From Pseudomonadota bacterium (GTDB taxonomy: Bacteria; Desulfobacterota; WTBG01; JAGOGO01), in contig JAZDOO010000406.1 of NCBI GenBank assembly GCA_043798555.1, forward strand, positions 1-56,441: a stretch of DNA of 56,441 bases. Direction: 5' to 3'. A program made the position numbers and the translations under genes. This document shows, one piece after another, positions 9,360 to 19,661 of this stretch (position 1 is the first letter of the stretch; each line of letters begins with the position of its first letter). A model generated the notes under the pieces. That model did not search any database. It saw nothing but the letters and a program-made list of their open reading frames with translations, and was not told the DNA's origin.

Positions 9360-11541
9360 TCAAATCTTTTCTACCTGACAGAGAAGCGCTTTTAGAACCG
9401 GAAAGCCAGAGATGGGATCGCGATTCTGGTCATCTGTGAGCAGGTTCACGTTGCTTTCTCTCCACCCTTCAGCCTGGATGGGTGATCCGCCTCCCATATT
9501 CACATCCACCACCCCTTCAAAGATATCGTCAGTAACGCGCGCGGTAAATTCCGCCTCTCCTCGCATCGTTTTTACCCGAACTGTATCACCCGTGGAAATA
9601 TTTCGCGGATGAGCATCCGTGGGGTGGATAAGCACCTCGGCATGAGGTTGCAACTTCAGAAGTCCGGGGATATTGAGGTGTTGGCTCCTAAACGTGGATT
9701 GGATTCTTGTCCCTGTGGTCAGGGTCAAGGGATGATCGTTTACCAGGTTCAAATTCTGGGGTCCTTCCTTTACTTCCTCATAAGTGGGGAGGTGATCATA
9801 CCCGTACTCTTTTAGCACAGAAGAGCTGATCTCCCATTTTCCCGACGGGGTTGGAAACCCCAGCTTTCCATCGGGGCGGAGTTTTCCTGAGAGCCATTTC
9901 TTTTCCTCGTCTTCTTTGGCTGCGGGGGAGGAAGGTTTAGAGGGATCTTCCAGTAGAATGGGGCCTTTTTCAGACCGGTGTTTGAACTCTTCCAAACCAA
10001 AGGGGAGAGGGCAATCACGTATCGAACCATTTCTTCTTCGCTCTGGGGATATAGGTGCCCGTACTCAAGCCTCTCCGCCAACTTGGCGTAAATTAAGTAG
10101 TCATTCATTGCCTCCCCAAGGGGCTCAATTATTTTTTTTCGATACTGGAGTGCCAGTGGAGGAGCAAGCGCAGGATAACCACAAAAGGAGGCGATTTCGT
10201 AATAAGTAGTTGCGGGGAGAACGATGTCAGCGTAAAGCGAGTCGGCATTGAGAAATCTATCCACCGAAACTTGATAGTCCAGCGCTTTGAGCGCTTGAGT
10301 GAAAAGGGTGGGATTGGGAAAGCTGGTTAAAATGGAAGCTCCCCCGACGAGAAGAAAGCGGATTTTATAGGGGTCTTCGTTGAGGACGGAACGGGGAAAG
10401 TCCATGAATTGTCCGCTTTGAAATGTTTTGCAATAGTAGGGGTAGGTATCCATCCCAATAGGGGACACCTCAGTGGGAAACAGTACCTCTGGCTTCCGCA
10501 AGGGTACACGAGGAGGAAGCTGGAAACGCTGACCCCCCTTTCCACATCGAGATGACCAGTCAAAGCCCAGAGCGTCAAAAGGGCGCGTATAGACTGGACT
10601 CCAGAGTTGGAATACTCTAACCCGGTGTAAGAAAGAAAAGCAACTCGCTTTGATGAGGCTAATATGTCAGCTAATTCAACAATGGTTCTTGCCGGGACAC
10701 GGGTAACAGTCTCGATCCGTTCCAGTTGAAATTGTTGCACATATTCTTCCAGTTCTAAAAATCCCTCGCAGAATTTCTCCCCAAATTCGCGATCAACGGT
10801 GCCATTGTTAAAGCATTGGTACAAGATACCATTAATGAGTGCCCCATCGGTTCCCGGCTGGATGGGAACCCACAGATCCGCCATTTTAGCCGCGGGAGTA
10901 TGTAGCGGATCAACGGCAATGATCCTGGCGCCTCGCTTCTTAGCTGCCTGGAGGCGAACCATCCTGGTAATGGGAGAATCCGTGGCGGGATTAGTTCCCC
11001 AGACAAAAATGACCTCGGCATTTTCCAGGTCAGGCTGGAGTATGCTTATACCTGACCCAAAGGTTGTATAGGGAGCTAAGATACCATAAGAATGAAAACA
11101 GATACTTCCCACTGAAAAAGCATTAGGGGAGCCAAGGGGCATGAAGATTGAGTTCCCAATAGCATACCCCTCTTTCTTGGGAGAAAACATTTGCCAGAGC
11201 GATTGTTCAAAATTCCCCCGGCCAAAAAAAGAAGCGATGCACTCAGGGCCGTATTGACTCTTCAAAGTAAGAATTACTTTAGCAATCTCATCAAAGGCCT
11301 GATCCCACAAGATCTCTGTGAAGGCGAGAGTCCCCTTAGGCCCGCTTCGTTTTAGCGGCCTCCTAAGGCGATCGGCTGAATAAACAATTTCGGGTGCATG
11401 GCGGCCCCGGACACACGGGATTCCCTGAATGTGGCCTTTCCAAGGATGAACTGCCACAATACGATCATTTTCTAAACTGATTTCTACGCCACAGTTGGCA
11501 GGACAAATACCACAAATACCCTTCTCAATTCGTTTGGACAT
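9360..11541 (-). pseudogene. Molybdopterin (bis-PGD) oxidoreductase, cytoplasmic type, interrupted by two 1-nt frameshifts
   Basis: Three overlapping track ORFs (10327..11553, 9812..10501, 9360..9995) carry, in order, the N-terminal [4Fe-4S] motif CGICPANCGV....C, the middle PGD-binding region, and the C-terminal molybdopterin-dinucleotide beta-barrel (VLIHPTDA...GDTVRVKTMRGE). All three are colinear with the intact paralogues at 15820..17910 and 27378..29588. The frame changes are at the C6 run 10533..10538 and at the G runs 10002..10011. The likely start is the ATG at 11541 (MSKRIEKG). Confidence 0.8.
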
Positions 11542-11639
11542 TTTTGCAACCACCTTTTAGCTCGTAGCTTGATTCCAAATTAATCTTGCAGTATAAGGCA
11601 ACTTAACACGCAAGTAGGTTCTTGGAGCTTATCACTGTC

Positions 11640-11685
11640 AAAAAAAATTTCCCTTTTATTCCCCTTTAAGAAAGGGGGAAATTGA
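11640..11685 (-). terminator. Rho-independent terminator candidate downstream of the MBL gene
   Basis: The minus strand reads AATTTCCC-cctttcttaaaggggaataaaa-GGGAAATT followed by TTTTTT. An alternative inner hairpin is CCCCTTT-ctt-AAAGGGG. It lies 60 nt after the stop at 11744. Confidence 0.45.
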
Positions 11686-11743
11686 GCATTCCGTAGCGCA
11701 TCAACTTTATAAGCCTTGTTACAGAAGCTTGTCCCTCCAGCTT

Positions 11744-12631
11744 CTACATTTTTGTTGGTTTAAGAGACTTCTGGCCCTTAGCTCGATTTATTTCGGCAAT
11801 AGGATTTTTCCCTGCTACCCAATTTGTATGCTTGGCATAAATCTCGTAATCGTGCCCTGGTATAATTCTCCGTAAATCTCCGCCCACAGCTTCCTTCACT
11901 TTGTCGTAGAGAAAGAGTAGGTTAAACGAGTCCCCTTGACCATATCCAGGAGGCCACATATTTTCTATGTTGGCATACCAGTATATAGCGTCTCCAGTTA
12001 TAGCATAGGGTCCGTTCTGGGTTGAGACTTTCCACCAGCATGAGCCAAAGGTATGGCAACGGGTAGCCAGATTGGCAATTATTCCAGGAAATACTTCTAC
12101 ATCACCTTCTAGCAATGTGACTCGCCCCTCAACTTCTGCTTTAGCTATGGAGATAATATCGTTAGGCTCAAATGATGAATAAATCCACGGGATGTCGCCA
12201 GGCTTGAACTTTGACGGAAGGTTTACAGCCATAGACCACCCGTTAAACTCTTCTCGTTGGATATAAATCTGTGCCTTTGGAAAATCCTCGATCTGATTTA
12301 TGTGGTCAAAATGCATGTGGGTAACAAATATAGCCTCGATATCTTCTGGTTTTACACCTACTTTACCAAGAATAGTTGTTGGATCCTCCCAGTCGTAAAA
12401 AGGATATCTTTCAAACCATACGGGAGCCTTGAAGCCGCAGTCAACCAAGTACAAGTGATCTTCCCCAGGTAACCCTCCCCTGATTAACGTGTAATGCATG
12501 GCAATTGTCTGGTTACCTTGATTGCTCATGATGCCAGATCCACCAAAGAAATCCTTTGCCATATCCGCCTTGGCATAACAAAGACTCCATAGTGAATAGT
12601 CTGCCTTGGTTGTAAATATATTTACCATCAT
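11744..12631 (-). CDS. MBL-fold metallo-hydrolase (lactonase-like)
   Basis: 295 aa. The metal motif is FVTHMHFDHIN (HxHxDH), with a later PGHD. RBS AGAGGAAGGG. Confidence 0.75.
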   Translation of the reverse strand: MMVNIFTTKADYSLWSLCYAKADMAKDFFGGSGIMSNQGNQTIAMHYTLIRGGLPGEDHLYLVDCGFKAPVWFERYPFYDWEDPTTILGKVGVKPEDIEAIFVTHMHFDHINQIEDFPKAQIYIQREEFNGWSMAVNLPSKFKPGDIPWIYSSFEPNDIISIAKAEVEGRVTLLEGDVEVFPGIIANLATRCHTFGSCWWKVSTQNGPYAITGDAIYWYANIENMWPPGYGQGDSFNLLFLYDKVKEAVGGDLRRIIPGHDYEIYAKHTNWVAGKNPIAEINRAKGQKSLKPTKM

Positions 12632-12918
12632 CCCTTCCTCTTTATTGGTCGGCTATTTCAATGAGTAATTTAACCACAAGACGATTACTTCCACCTAAGC
12701 AACTGCTGATATTAACCGCGTTCACTTCTCCTTCACTTATAGATCATACTCTCATCATGCGAGCTATTTAATTTAACGTTTTAAGTATGAAAGAAAAAAT
12801 GCGTCTTGTCTTTTATGTAGCCTAATTGCTCGTCCGACAGAACGTTTCGACAATCTCAAAATAAAGTCGCGTACCTCTACACTTCATCATCTTACTCTTA
12901 AGATAAGCCTCGATTTTC

Positions 12919-13659
12919 CTAAGGGATTGTCGCCTTGTCTATGAGGTCAGCTTCGTGAATTGGCACTATCATATCTGCAAGTTTTTTCACCCTCTCCACA
13001 CTTTCGTATGCTTGCAGTGCATTCAAGTTGATACCAGGTGCGATCAAGGGCATTCGGTCTTTAATCGCTGGCGGAGGGTCAAAGTTCTCCCGAATACAAC
13101 AGAAGCCAGCAATGATGGCTGTGCCTTGATTGGTGTTTATAGCTACGGATTGAGTTCCCGCGCTATGTCCCGGGGTTAGCAGAAGCTCTACTCCGTCATC
13201 TACCCTCGTGTCTCCTTCAACCACCCTAAACTGCAACCCCACGAGCAATTCTCTGTAATCCGCTGGCCACATCTGGGCGATCATAGGGTGTGGGTTACGG
13301 GCAAACTGGATCTCCGCCTCTTGGACAATCACTTCGGCTCTGGGAAATTCATGAGCTAGATAAAAATGATCATGATGAAGATGGGTAGCAATAATGAGAT
13401 CTACATCACCAACGGTGAGCCCCACCCTGCTAAGCCCATCGGCTAAACTCTGTATGGGTTCTACCTTATAACCGCGTTTGATAAGCCTCTCTGGTGTTAT
13501 GCCGGCATCTACAATTATAGTCCTTTCCCCGCCTTCCAAAAACCAGACATAGATAACAATAGGAATCGTCTCCCCGAAATTCATCAAGTACGTCATCTTA
13601 GGTTTAGGGAATTCCACTTTCATCAGAGGGATAGGGTGGATAATATAATTTCGTGGCAC
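12919..13659 (-). CDS. MBL-fold metallo-hydrolase (N-acyl-homoserine-lactonase-like)
   Basis: 246 aa. Motifs are IIATHLHHDHF and TPGHSAG. GTG start with AAGGAG upstream. Confidence 0.75.
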   Translation of the reverse strand: MPRNYIIHPIPLMKVEFPKPKMTYLMNFGETIPIVIYVWFLEGGERTIIVDAGITPERLIKRGYKVEPIQSLADGLSRVGLTVGDVDLIIATHLHHDHFYLAHEFPRAEVIVQEAEIQFARNPHPMIAQMWPADYRELLVGLQFRVVEGDTRVDDGVELLLTPGHSAGTQSVAINTNQGTAIIAGFCCIRENFDPPPAIKDRMPLIAPGINLNALQAYESVERVKKLADMIVPIHEADLIDKATIP

Positions 13660-13974
13660 CTCTTTTCTCCTTTTGTTATCCTTTATCCAGTTGTTGAATT
13701 ACTCAATGGGGATACAAGCCTCCAAGGAATAAATGGGCTGAACTTTTAGACCTACCATATCTTTAAATTTTCAATGTGCACTACACCTCTATATTCTTAC
13801 AATTACACTACATCCTACCGAAAGTGTTCATCGTCTTTTCTATTTCTGCCCTTTTCTATGGATCTCCCTTAAATGGGCGCAGTTCTTACCCGCCGAATCA
13901 TTGGTTTCCAGCCTGATCTCATCAAACCAAAATTGCTACTTGTCTGCCATTACTCCTTGGTTTCAATTTTCCTG

Positions 13975-15624
13975 CTATAGAACGTAGACTACCATGTTAT
14001 CTCCATCAACCCTGATCCTTTGCCCGGTCTTGATCTTTTTCGTCCCCTCGAGTGTGCCAGTGACAACAGGGATGCCAAACTCCCGCCCCATAATAATAGC
14101 ATGTGACATACCCCCACCCATATCGGTAACTACGCCGCTGACTATATGAAAAACGGCGATCCAAGGAGCAGCTGTAAACGGAGCCACCAGGATTTCTCCT
14201 AGCTGTACCTTAGCGAGATCGCTTTCATTCATTACTACTCGAGCATTTCCCTCCACAATGCCAGGGGCTCCGCCGGCGCCACAGATGTGAGCCATAAAAT
14301 TTGGCCGAACTTTACGAGATGCTCCAACTACCCCAATTAGGGGGTCTTTCTTTACCAATTGATCAAGCTTCGCTATCTGACCAAGAAATGGCGGCGGCTC
14401 GACCTTGAGTGCTTTGTGCCACTCCTCTTTGCGCCATCGGGCAAGCCGACGGTAGTCAACCCTTTCCAAGGGGACGATCGCCTTTCTTATCTCCCACGGC
14501 ATTAGCATAAAGACATCAAACGGCTCATCAATTACTCCCGCACGGGCAAACCTCTTACCGACTTCCCAAATCACTTTACGCGTTACCGCATTTTGTGCTA
14601 ATTCACAATAAGGCGTATGGTCTTCGCTCCACGAGGCAGACATCTCTGCCGCCTTCAATAACTTGCCAAACCATTCTTTTTTCTGCATGGGCACCTTTGC
14701 CATGACCGTACTCTCTGCCTGCTCCCTTTCTTTAGCCAGACGCTCCCTTTCGACATCGGGGGCAAAAGCCTCTTTGGCTATCGTTCGCCTTATGTCCGGT
14801 AGCCCCAAACTTGGCTGCTCAATCCAAGACGGAGTCGCCCAATCCACCATGCGCTGACATCTCCAACCTCGAGACTTAAGGAATTCCAAGTATTCAGTGA
14901 GCCACTTTCTGCCAGAATCGCTTGACTTGAGTTGGGCCATTAGTTGCTCGTCATCGACAGTTGCCGTGAAAAGGCCAGCAAGCCCCATTTCATCCGCCTT
15001 CTTGCCAAGAAGCCACATTTCCTTACTTATTTGAAATAGCGTATTGTCGAAGCCACTTCTCAGTTTATTGTGTATCGGATCATCAGGCTTAATCCCTATG
15101 AACTCCTCACAGGCGCTGGTAAAGAGCTGATCAATGCTGTATAGCCCATACTGCCAGTAAAAGTGTATTTCGTGGACCTTGAGAAAGACGTCCCAGACCT
15201 CAAAAATCAACTCCCGGAGTTTGCAGGCACTCACCGTCTCAATATCCACCTCCTGGATGTTCCTGTAAAGGCTCCAGATTCGCCCTCGATCTCGATTCCA
15301 GTTACCTTCAGGGTCCTCTAGTAATGCTGACATTCGCTCCTGGAAATGCTTTCCCCGGGACAGAACCTCCTCAGGTTTGGGCTCTATGGCCGTGATATAG
15401 ACATAACCATTATGGATCTTCCACTCCCAACCTTTGGTCTCAGGGCATGACAACAGCTCTGCAGCGTGCTGCATGCCATAAGAAGTCAACTCGCAGAACA
15501 TGAACGCGTAAAGCGGAGTCCATGCCGGATACCCATGAACTACATCGCAGATCCACACTGTATAATTCTTAAGGTCCACTTCTTCGTCTAACACAACCCC
15601 GGTCAAACCGTAGTCAATAGGCAT
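13975..15624 (-). CDS. Phenylphosphate-synthase alpha-like protein (PEP-utilising enzyme, mobile phosphohistidine domain), second copy
   Basis: 549 aa. The C-terminus GAPGIVEGNARVV...ILVAPFTAAPW...TDMGGGMSHAIIMGREFGIPVV...DGDNMVVYVL is a PEP-utiliser swivel domain with the His motif. The N-terminal region is colinear with the 618-aa copy at 21166..23019. Confidence 0.7.
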   Translation of the reverse strand: MPIDYGLTGVVLDEEVDLKNYTVWICDVVHGYPAWTPLYAFMFCELTSYGMQHAAELLSCPETKGWEWKIHNGYVYITAIEPKPEEVLSRGKHFQERMSALLEDPEGNWNRDRGRIWSLYRNIQEVDIETVSACKLRELIFEVWDVFLKVHEIHFYWQYGLYSIDQLFTSACEEFIGIKPDDPIHNKLRSGFDNTLFQISKEMWLLGKKADEMGLAGLFTATVDDEQLMAQLKSSDSGRKWLTEYLEFLKSRGWRCQRMVDWATPSWIEQPSLGLPDIRRTIAKEAFAPDVERERLAKEREQAESTVMAKVPMQKKEWFGKLLKAAEMSASWSEDHTPYCELAQNAVTRKVIWEVGKRFARAGVIDEPFDVFMLMPWEIRKAIVPLERVDYRRLARWRKEEWHKALKVEPPPFLGQIAKLDQLVKKDPLIGVVGASRKVRPNFMAHICGAGGAPGIVEGNARVVMNESDLAKVQLGEILVAPFTAAPWIAVFHIVSGVVTDMGGGMSHAIIMGREFGIPVVTGTLEGTKKIKTGQRIRVDGDNMVVYVL

Positions 15625-15819
15625 ACTCCACCTCTTGAAGTGAAAACAAATTAATCCCCCGACGTCTTCTTTTCAACTCTTCCGTGTCATCCGTAAATGT
15701 AAAATGCTAAAAGGCCAATCTGAAGGACAGAAGGCTCAATTTAAAACTGACCCAAACAATGCGGTAAGAACAGCTATGCACATTAGAGGATAGTTCTCAT
15801 GGTCTCAAAGGAAGAGCGA

Positions 15820-17910
15820 TCAGTTCGCTTTATATACCTTGCAAACGATTCCTCTCAATATAGGCGAACCCATCTCTTTGTTAAACGGTGGTTCGTCATT
15901 CGTGAGGATATTGAGATTCGATTCTCTCCAGCCATACATATCTGAGTCTCTTCTTTCAGGAAACCACCAGCCAAAGTCCACACCCACTACTCGTGGATCA
16001 ATATCACCTGAAAAGAAAGCTTTTTGTTTAATCCTCCCGCGTTTAGTTTCTATGTAGACCCAATCACCATTGCTTATGTGAAGGCCCCTTGCGGTTTCCG
16101 GGTGGATGTGGACAACCGGTTCAGGATGTAACCCGCGTAGCGTTCTAATTTCCCTGCCTCCAGTATGGCGGTAGGAGTCTAATTTCCAGTTGGTAAAAAT
16201 CAGTGGATATTCTTTAGCCAGTTCAGCATCACTGTAAGGTGTCTCAGGGTTTTCATAATATATAGGCAACGGATCAAACCCCCATTCCTTAAGCCGACTG
16301 GAATATAATTCAACTTTACCCGACTCCGTTTTGAAACCTTCTTTCTCATACTGTCTATAAAGCTTAGACCCCGCTATTACTCCTATTTTCCTCGCTTCGT
16401 CAAAGGTAATACCCGCTGGTGCCACGATAACATCAAGAACTTGGGTAATATCTTCCCAGAAGTATTCTCCTAAACCCATCTTCTTTGCCAGATCTCTTAA
16501 AATGTCATAGTCTGATCGGCTTTCACCTACCTGTCCAACCCTTTGTTGAACCGATGCTATTTCATAGTATGGTAAGGGTAAAATTCCATCACATTCAAGG
16601 AAGCTCGCTACTGGTAGCACTACATCAGCCAAAGCTGCAGTGGGAGTCATAAACATGTCCGCTACTACCAAAAAGTCCAATTTGTTTAGCGCCTCATATA
16701 TTTTTTTTGAATTATTCAACGAAATCACTGGATTGCATCCCTGAACATAACCAACACGGATAGGGTAAGGATCATTGTTTAGGATGGCTTTGACTATATC
16801 TTGAGGTAAAGCATAGAAGGCTATTGGTAATAGATTCTCTTTGGCACTGACTCTTCGTTTACGCAGTTCTGGCGATATTCTGTCAACCATACTAATTTCC
16901 GGCGAATGCCGAGCCAATATTGGTAAGGGTGACCATTTCAGTTCCCCGCCAGGAACACCGAGATTACCTGTGATGGCCCTAAGAATACAGATAGCACGAG
17001 CACTCTGGAAACTATTTATTCCTTGGTCAATACCGTTACCCCACTGTATACAGGCAGGCCTGTTCATCGCATAAAGGCGAGCGGTAGCTCTTATTGTTTC
17101 CGCCGGCACCCAGGTTATTTCAGCTACCTTCTCTGGAGAGAAATTTCCAACATGGGACTTTAGCTCGTCAAAACCCACTGTCCACTTGCTAACAAAATTC
17201 TTGTCATAAAGCTCCCCGTTTACTATAAAATTTATCATACCCAGAGCTAAAGCTAAGTCTGAGCCTGGCCTGAGCTGAAGCCAAATCTCTGCCCCATCAA
17301 CCAGTCTATTTTTTCTAGGGTCAATCACTATCAGCTTCGTGCTTCTGCCTAATGCCTCATTAATTTTTCCAAAATCCCCAACACATGTATCAAATGGGCT
17401 TGTACCCCATAATATCAGACAGGATGGTGGATATTCATAATCTGGCCGCGCAAGGTAGCCATAAGTGAGCAATGAAGCATTCTTCCTAGGAACGAAGCAA
17501 AGGTGAGCCATCGAAGAAATATTCGGTGAGCCAAAAAGATTGGCGAACCTCGTCATATAATCTTCCTGCAAGCCCTTAGCTGCGCCACGGATGAATGCCA
17601 CTGATTCGACACCATACTGATCCTTGGCTTTTTTTAATTCCGCGGCTACGGTATCCAAGGCCTCGTCCCAACTGACTTTTTGCCATTTTCCTTCTCCCCT
17701 CTCTCCTACCCTCTTCACTGGGTGCTTGAGCCGATCAGGATGGTACAGGAGTTGTAGGCCAGCTTCACCTTTTACACATAATATACCCCTATTTATTGGG
17801 CTATCAGGATCACCTGTTATCCTGACGGGGTTACCATCCGCCAGATGTATTAAAATACCACAAGCCATGTGGCACATGCCACAAGTGCTGTTTACTAATT
17901 CTTTTGCCAT
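15820..17910 (-). CDS. Molybdopterin (bis-PGD) oxidoreductase family enzyme, no Tat signal
   Basis: 696 aa. The N-terminus is CGMCHMACGI...C (a [4Fe-4S] motif). The candidate metal ligand is Cys in SSMAHLCFVP. The C-terminal dinucleotide-binding barrel is VHIHPETARGLHISNGDWVYIETKRG. No twin-arginine leader. Confidence 0.85.
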   Translation of the reverse strand: MAKELVNSTCGMCHMACGILIHLADGNPVRITGDPDSPINRGILCVKGEAGLQLLYHPDRLKHPVKRVGERGEGKWQKVSWDEALDTVAAELKKAKDQYGVESVAFIRGAAKGLQEDYMTRFANLFGSPNISSMAHLCFVPRKNASLLTYGYLARPDYEYPPSCLILWGTSPFDTCVGDFGKINEALGRSTKLIVIDPRKNRLVDGAEIWLQLRPGSDLALALGMINFIVNGELYDKNFVSKWTVGFDELKSHVGNFSPEKVAEITWVPAETIRATARLYAMNRPACIQWGNGIDQGINSFQSARAICILRAITGNLGVPGGELKWSPLPILARHSPEISMVDRISPELRKRRVSAKENLLPIAFYALPQDIVKAILNNDPYPIRVGYVQGCNPVISLNNSKKIYEALNKLDFLVVADMFMTPTAALADVVLPVASFLECDGILPLPYYEIASVQQRVGQVGESRSDYDILRDLAKKMGLGEYFWEDITQVLDVIVAPAGITFDEARKIGVIAGSKLYRQYEKEGFKTESGKVELYSSRLKEWGFDPLPIYYENPETPYSDAELAKEYPLIFTNWKLDSYRHTGGREIRTLRGLHPEPVVHIHPETARGLHISNGDWVYIETKRGRIKQKAFFSGDIDPRVVGVDFGWWFPERRDSDMYGWRESNLNILTNDEPPFNKEMGSPILRGIVCKVYKAN

Positions 17911-18260
17911 TTCTTTCCTACCTCATAGTATAACATCTGCATTGATGTATCCCTTACTACCTTTTTTAGTTATGCTAATGAAAAGTCTCTCAGCTCTCGT
18001 CATACACGACGTGCTATTAGTAAATGACTTAAACGAAATCAAACCCTAAACTGGCCACCAAGGTCTAATGACAAAATACCAAATTAGAACGATGAGAGGA
18101 AGGTTGAGAACTTCACCGAATCCCGAAACAATTTTATGATTAATACCCCAACCTAAATATACCATCCAACGTTTTATTGTATAGATTATACCGTACTTGA
18201 AATTCACTGATATGTATTATCTAAGCTAATATAAGAAAATCCATACCCAGACCAACTCTC

Positions 18261-19661
18261 CTATTTTTCAACATATTTCACTCTTTCCAACCCCTTAATC
18301 CTCTCGTCTATCCAGCGTCTCACTTTATACTCAAAGCGAGGCAAACTTCCATGGGGAACCTCTTCGACTCTCATACTTACATAGGTCTTTTCTTTTATTT
18401 TATCAGCCAGTTTCTTAAGTATCTCAGCTTTTGTTTTTTCATCTAAAGGCATCTTCCTAAATTCCACAGTTACCATGGCGATTTCAAGGCCGTTCTCATC
18501 TATAAAGACTCTCCCATTATACTCTTCTATTTCTCGGAAAGAAAATACTGCTTCATCAACCGTTTGGGGCCATACATTGGTAGCCTTTATTTTGATCATA
18601 TCATCGTACCTTGAAATTGTACCTACCTCCCACAAAGCTGATTCCCTACCACAATCACAAAGCCTCGGTGGAAGTAACTTTACTCGATCATTTGACCTAA
18701 AGCGAATGAGTGGCATGGCTTCCCTGGAAAAAGTTGTTATGACAGGTTCTCCCCATTCGCCGTATTTGACGGGCTTATCCGTAGCCTTGTCCAATACTTC
18801 AACCAAGGCAAAATAGTCTGCCAGGTGATAGTATCCAAATTGCCCGTCAGGTACGACCCCATATTTACAGGTAATTGCATAGTTCAAGTTTAATTGAGTG
18901 GACCCATAAATGTCATGAATCACTGTACCCCATATTCCCTCCATACTCAGTGCCCAGGGAACTGAAAAAGGTTCTGTAGAAACAGTAATACCTTTTAATC
19001 GAGGGAATTCTTTCTTAGGGTCTAATCCTCCCTCCATGCAGATGGTTGTTATGCGGGTGAGATAAGCCGGTGTAGTGAGAATATGGTGGACCTTGAACCT
19101 CCTCATCATATCGATTCTTTGATTGGTATTGAAGACTGCCAGAGGTAATGGGGTGGCTCCGAAAATTCGAAGAGCTTCATAAGACAACATGCCACCGGTC
19201 ATGGTGCCCAGGGGGTATAAGACGGCTGATATATCTCCCTTCTTTAATCCAATTGCCGCAAAATGAGTTGCTGTTGAAGCATTGGCCGCCCAGATCGCTT
19301 TTTCATCATGGCAGTGCACCTCCTGCCCCATCCCTGACGTGCCACTGGTCACATTAATCCGACGGATCTTATGTAGTGGTACACAAACTCTCCTTCCGAA
19401 AGGGGGGGTTGATTCTTGATCTTCTACCAATATTTGTTTATCTATGAATGGAAATCTGGCTATATCTTCAAGCTTCTTAAAATTTTCCGGTTTTACTTTT
19501 GCCTTATCAAAGACTTCACGATAAAATTCACTTTTATGATAGGCCCTTTCTAAAGTTTCTTTAGTTTTTTGGAACTGTAGTGTCTTTACTTGATCTATAG
19601 ACATAGTTTCCAATTTTTTAATAAAATAATTATTTTGTCTTGGTATCCTTCTTCGATCCAT
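18261..19661 (-). CDS. Phenylacetate-CoA ligase (PaaK)-family adenylate-forming CoA ligase
   Basis: 466 aa. LETMSIDQVKTLQFQK...FYREVF is a PaaK-type N-terminus, with the nucleotide loop VTSGTSGMGQE. The length is typical of the short PaaK-type ligases. Confidence 0.75.
   Translation of the reverse strand: MDRRRIPRQNNYFIKKLETMSIDQVKTLQFQKTKETLERAYHKSEFYREVFDKAKVKPENFKKLEDIARFPFIDKQILVEDQESTPPFGRRVCVPLHKIRRINVTSGTSGMGQEVHCHDEKAIWAANASTATHFAAIGLKKGDISAVLYPLGTMTGGMLSYEALRIFGATPLPLAVFNTNQRIDMMRRFKVHHILTTPAYLTRITTICMEGGLDPKKEFPRLKGITVSTEPFSVPWALSMEGIWGTVIHDIYGSTQLNLNYAITCKYGVVPDGQFGYYHLADYFALVEVLDKATDKPVKYGEWGEPVITTFSREAMPLIRFRSNDRVKLLPPRLCDCGRESALWEVGTISRYDDMIKIKATNVWPQTVDEAVFSFREIEEYNGRVFIDENGLEIAMVTVEFRKMPLDEKTKAEILKKLADKIKEKTYVSMRVEEVPHGSLPRFEYKVRRWIDERIKGLERVKYVEK

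Noticed and set aside
9360-11553. Selenocysteine or other recoding as the explanation for the split molybdopterin ORFs
   Set aside because: The breaks are frame changes, not in-frame TGA codons. The expected metal-ligand position is an ordinary Cys codon (SICFHS).
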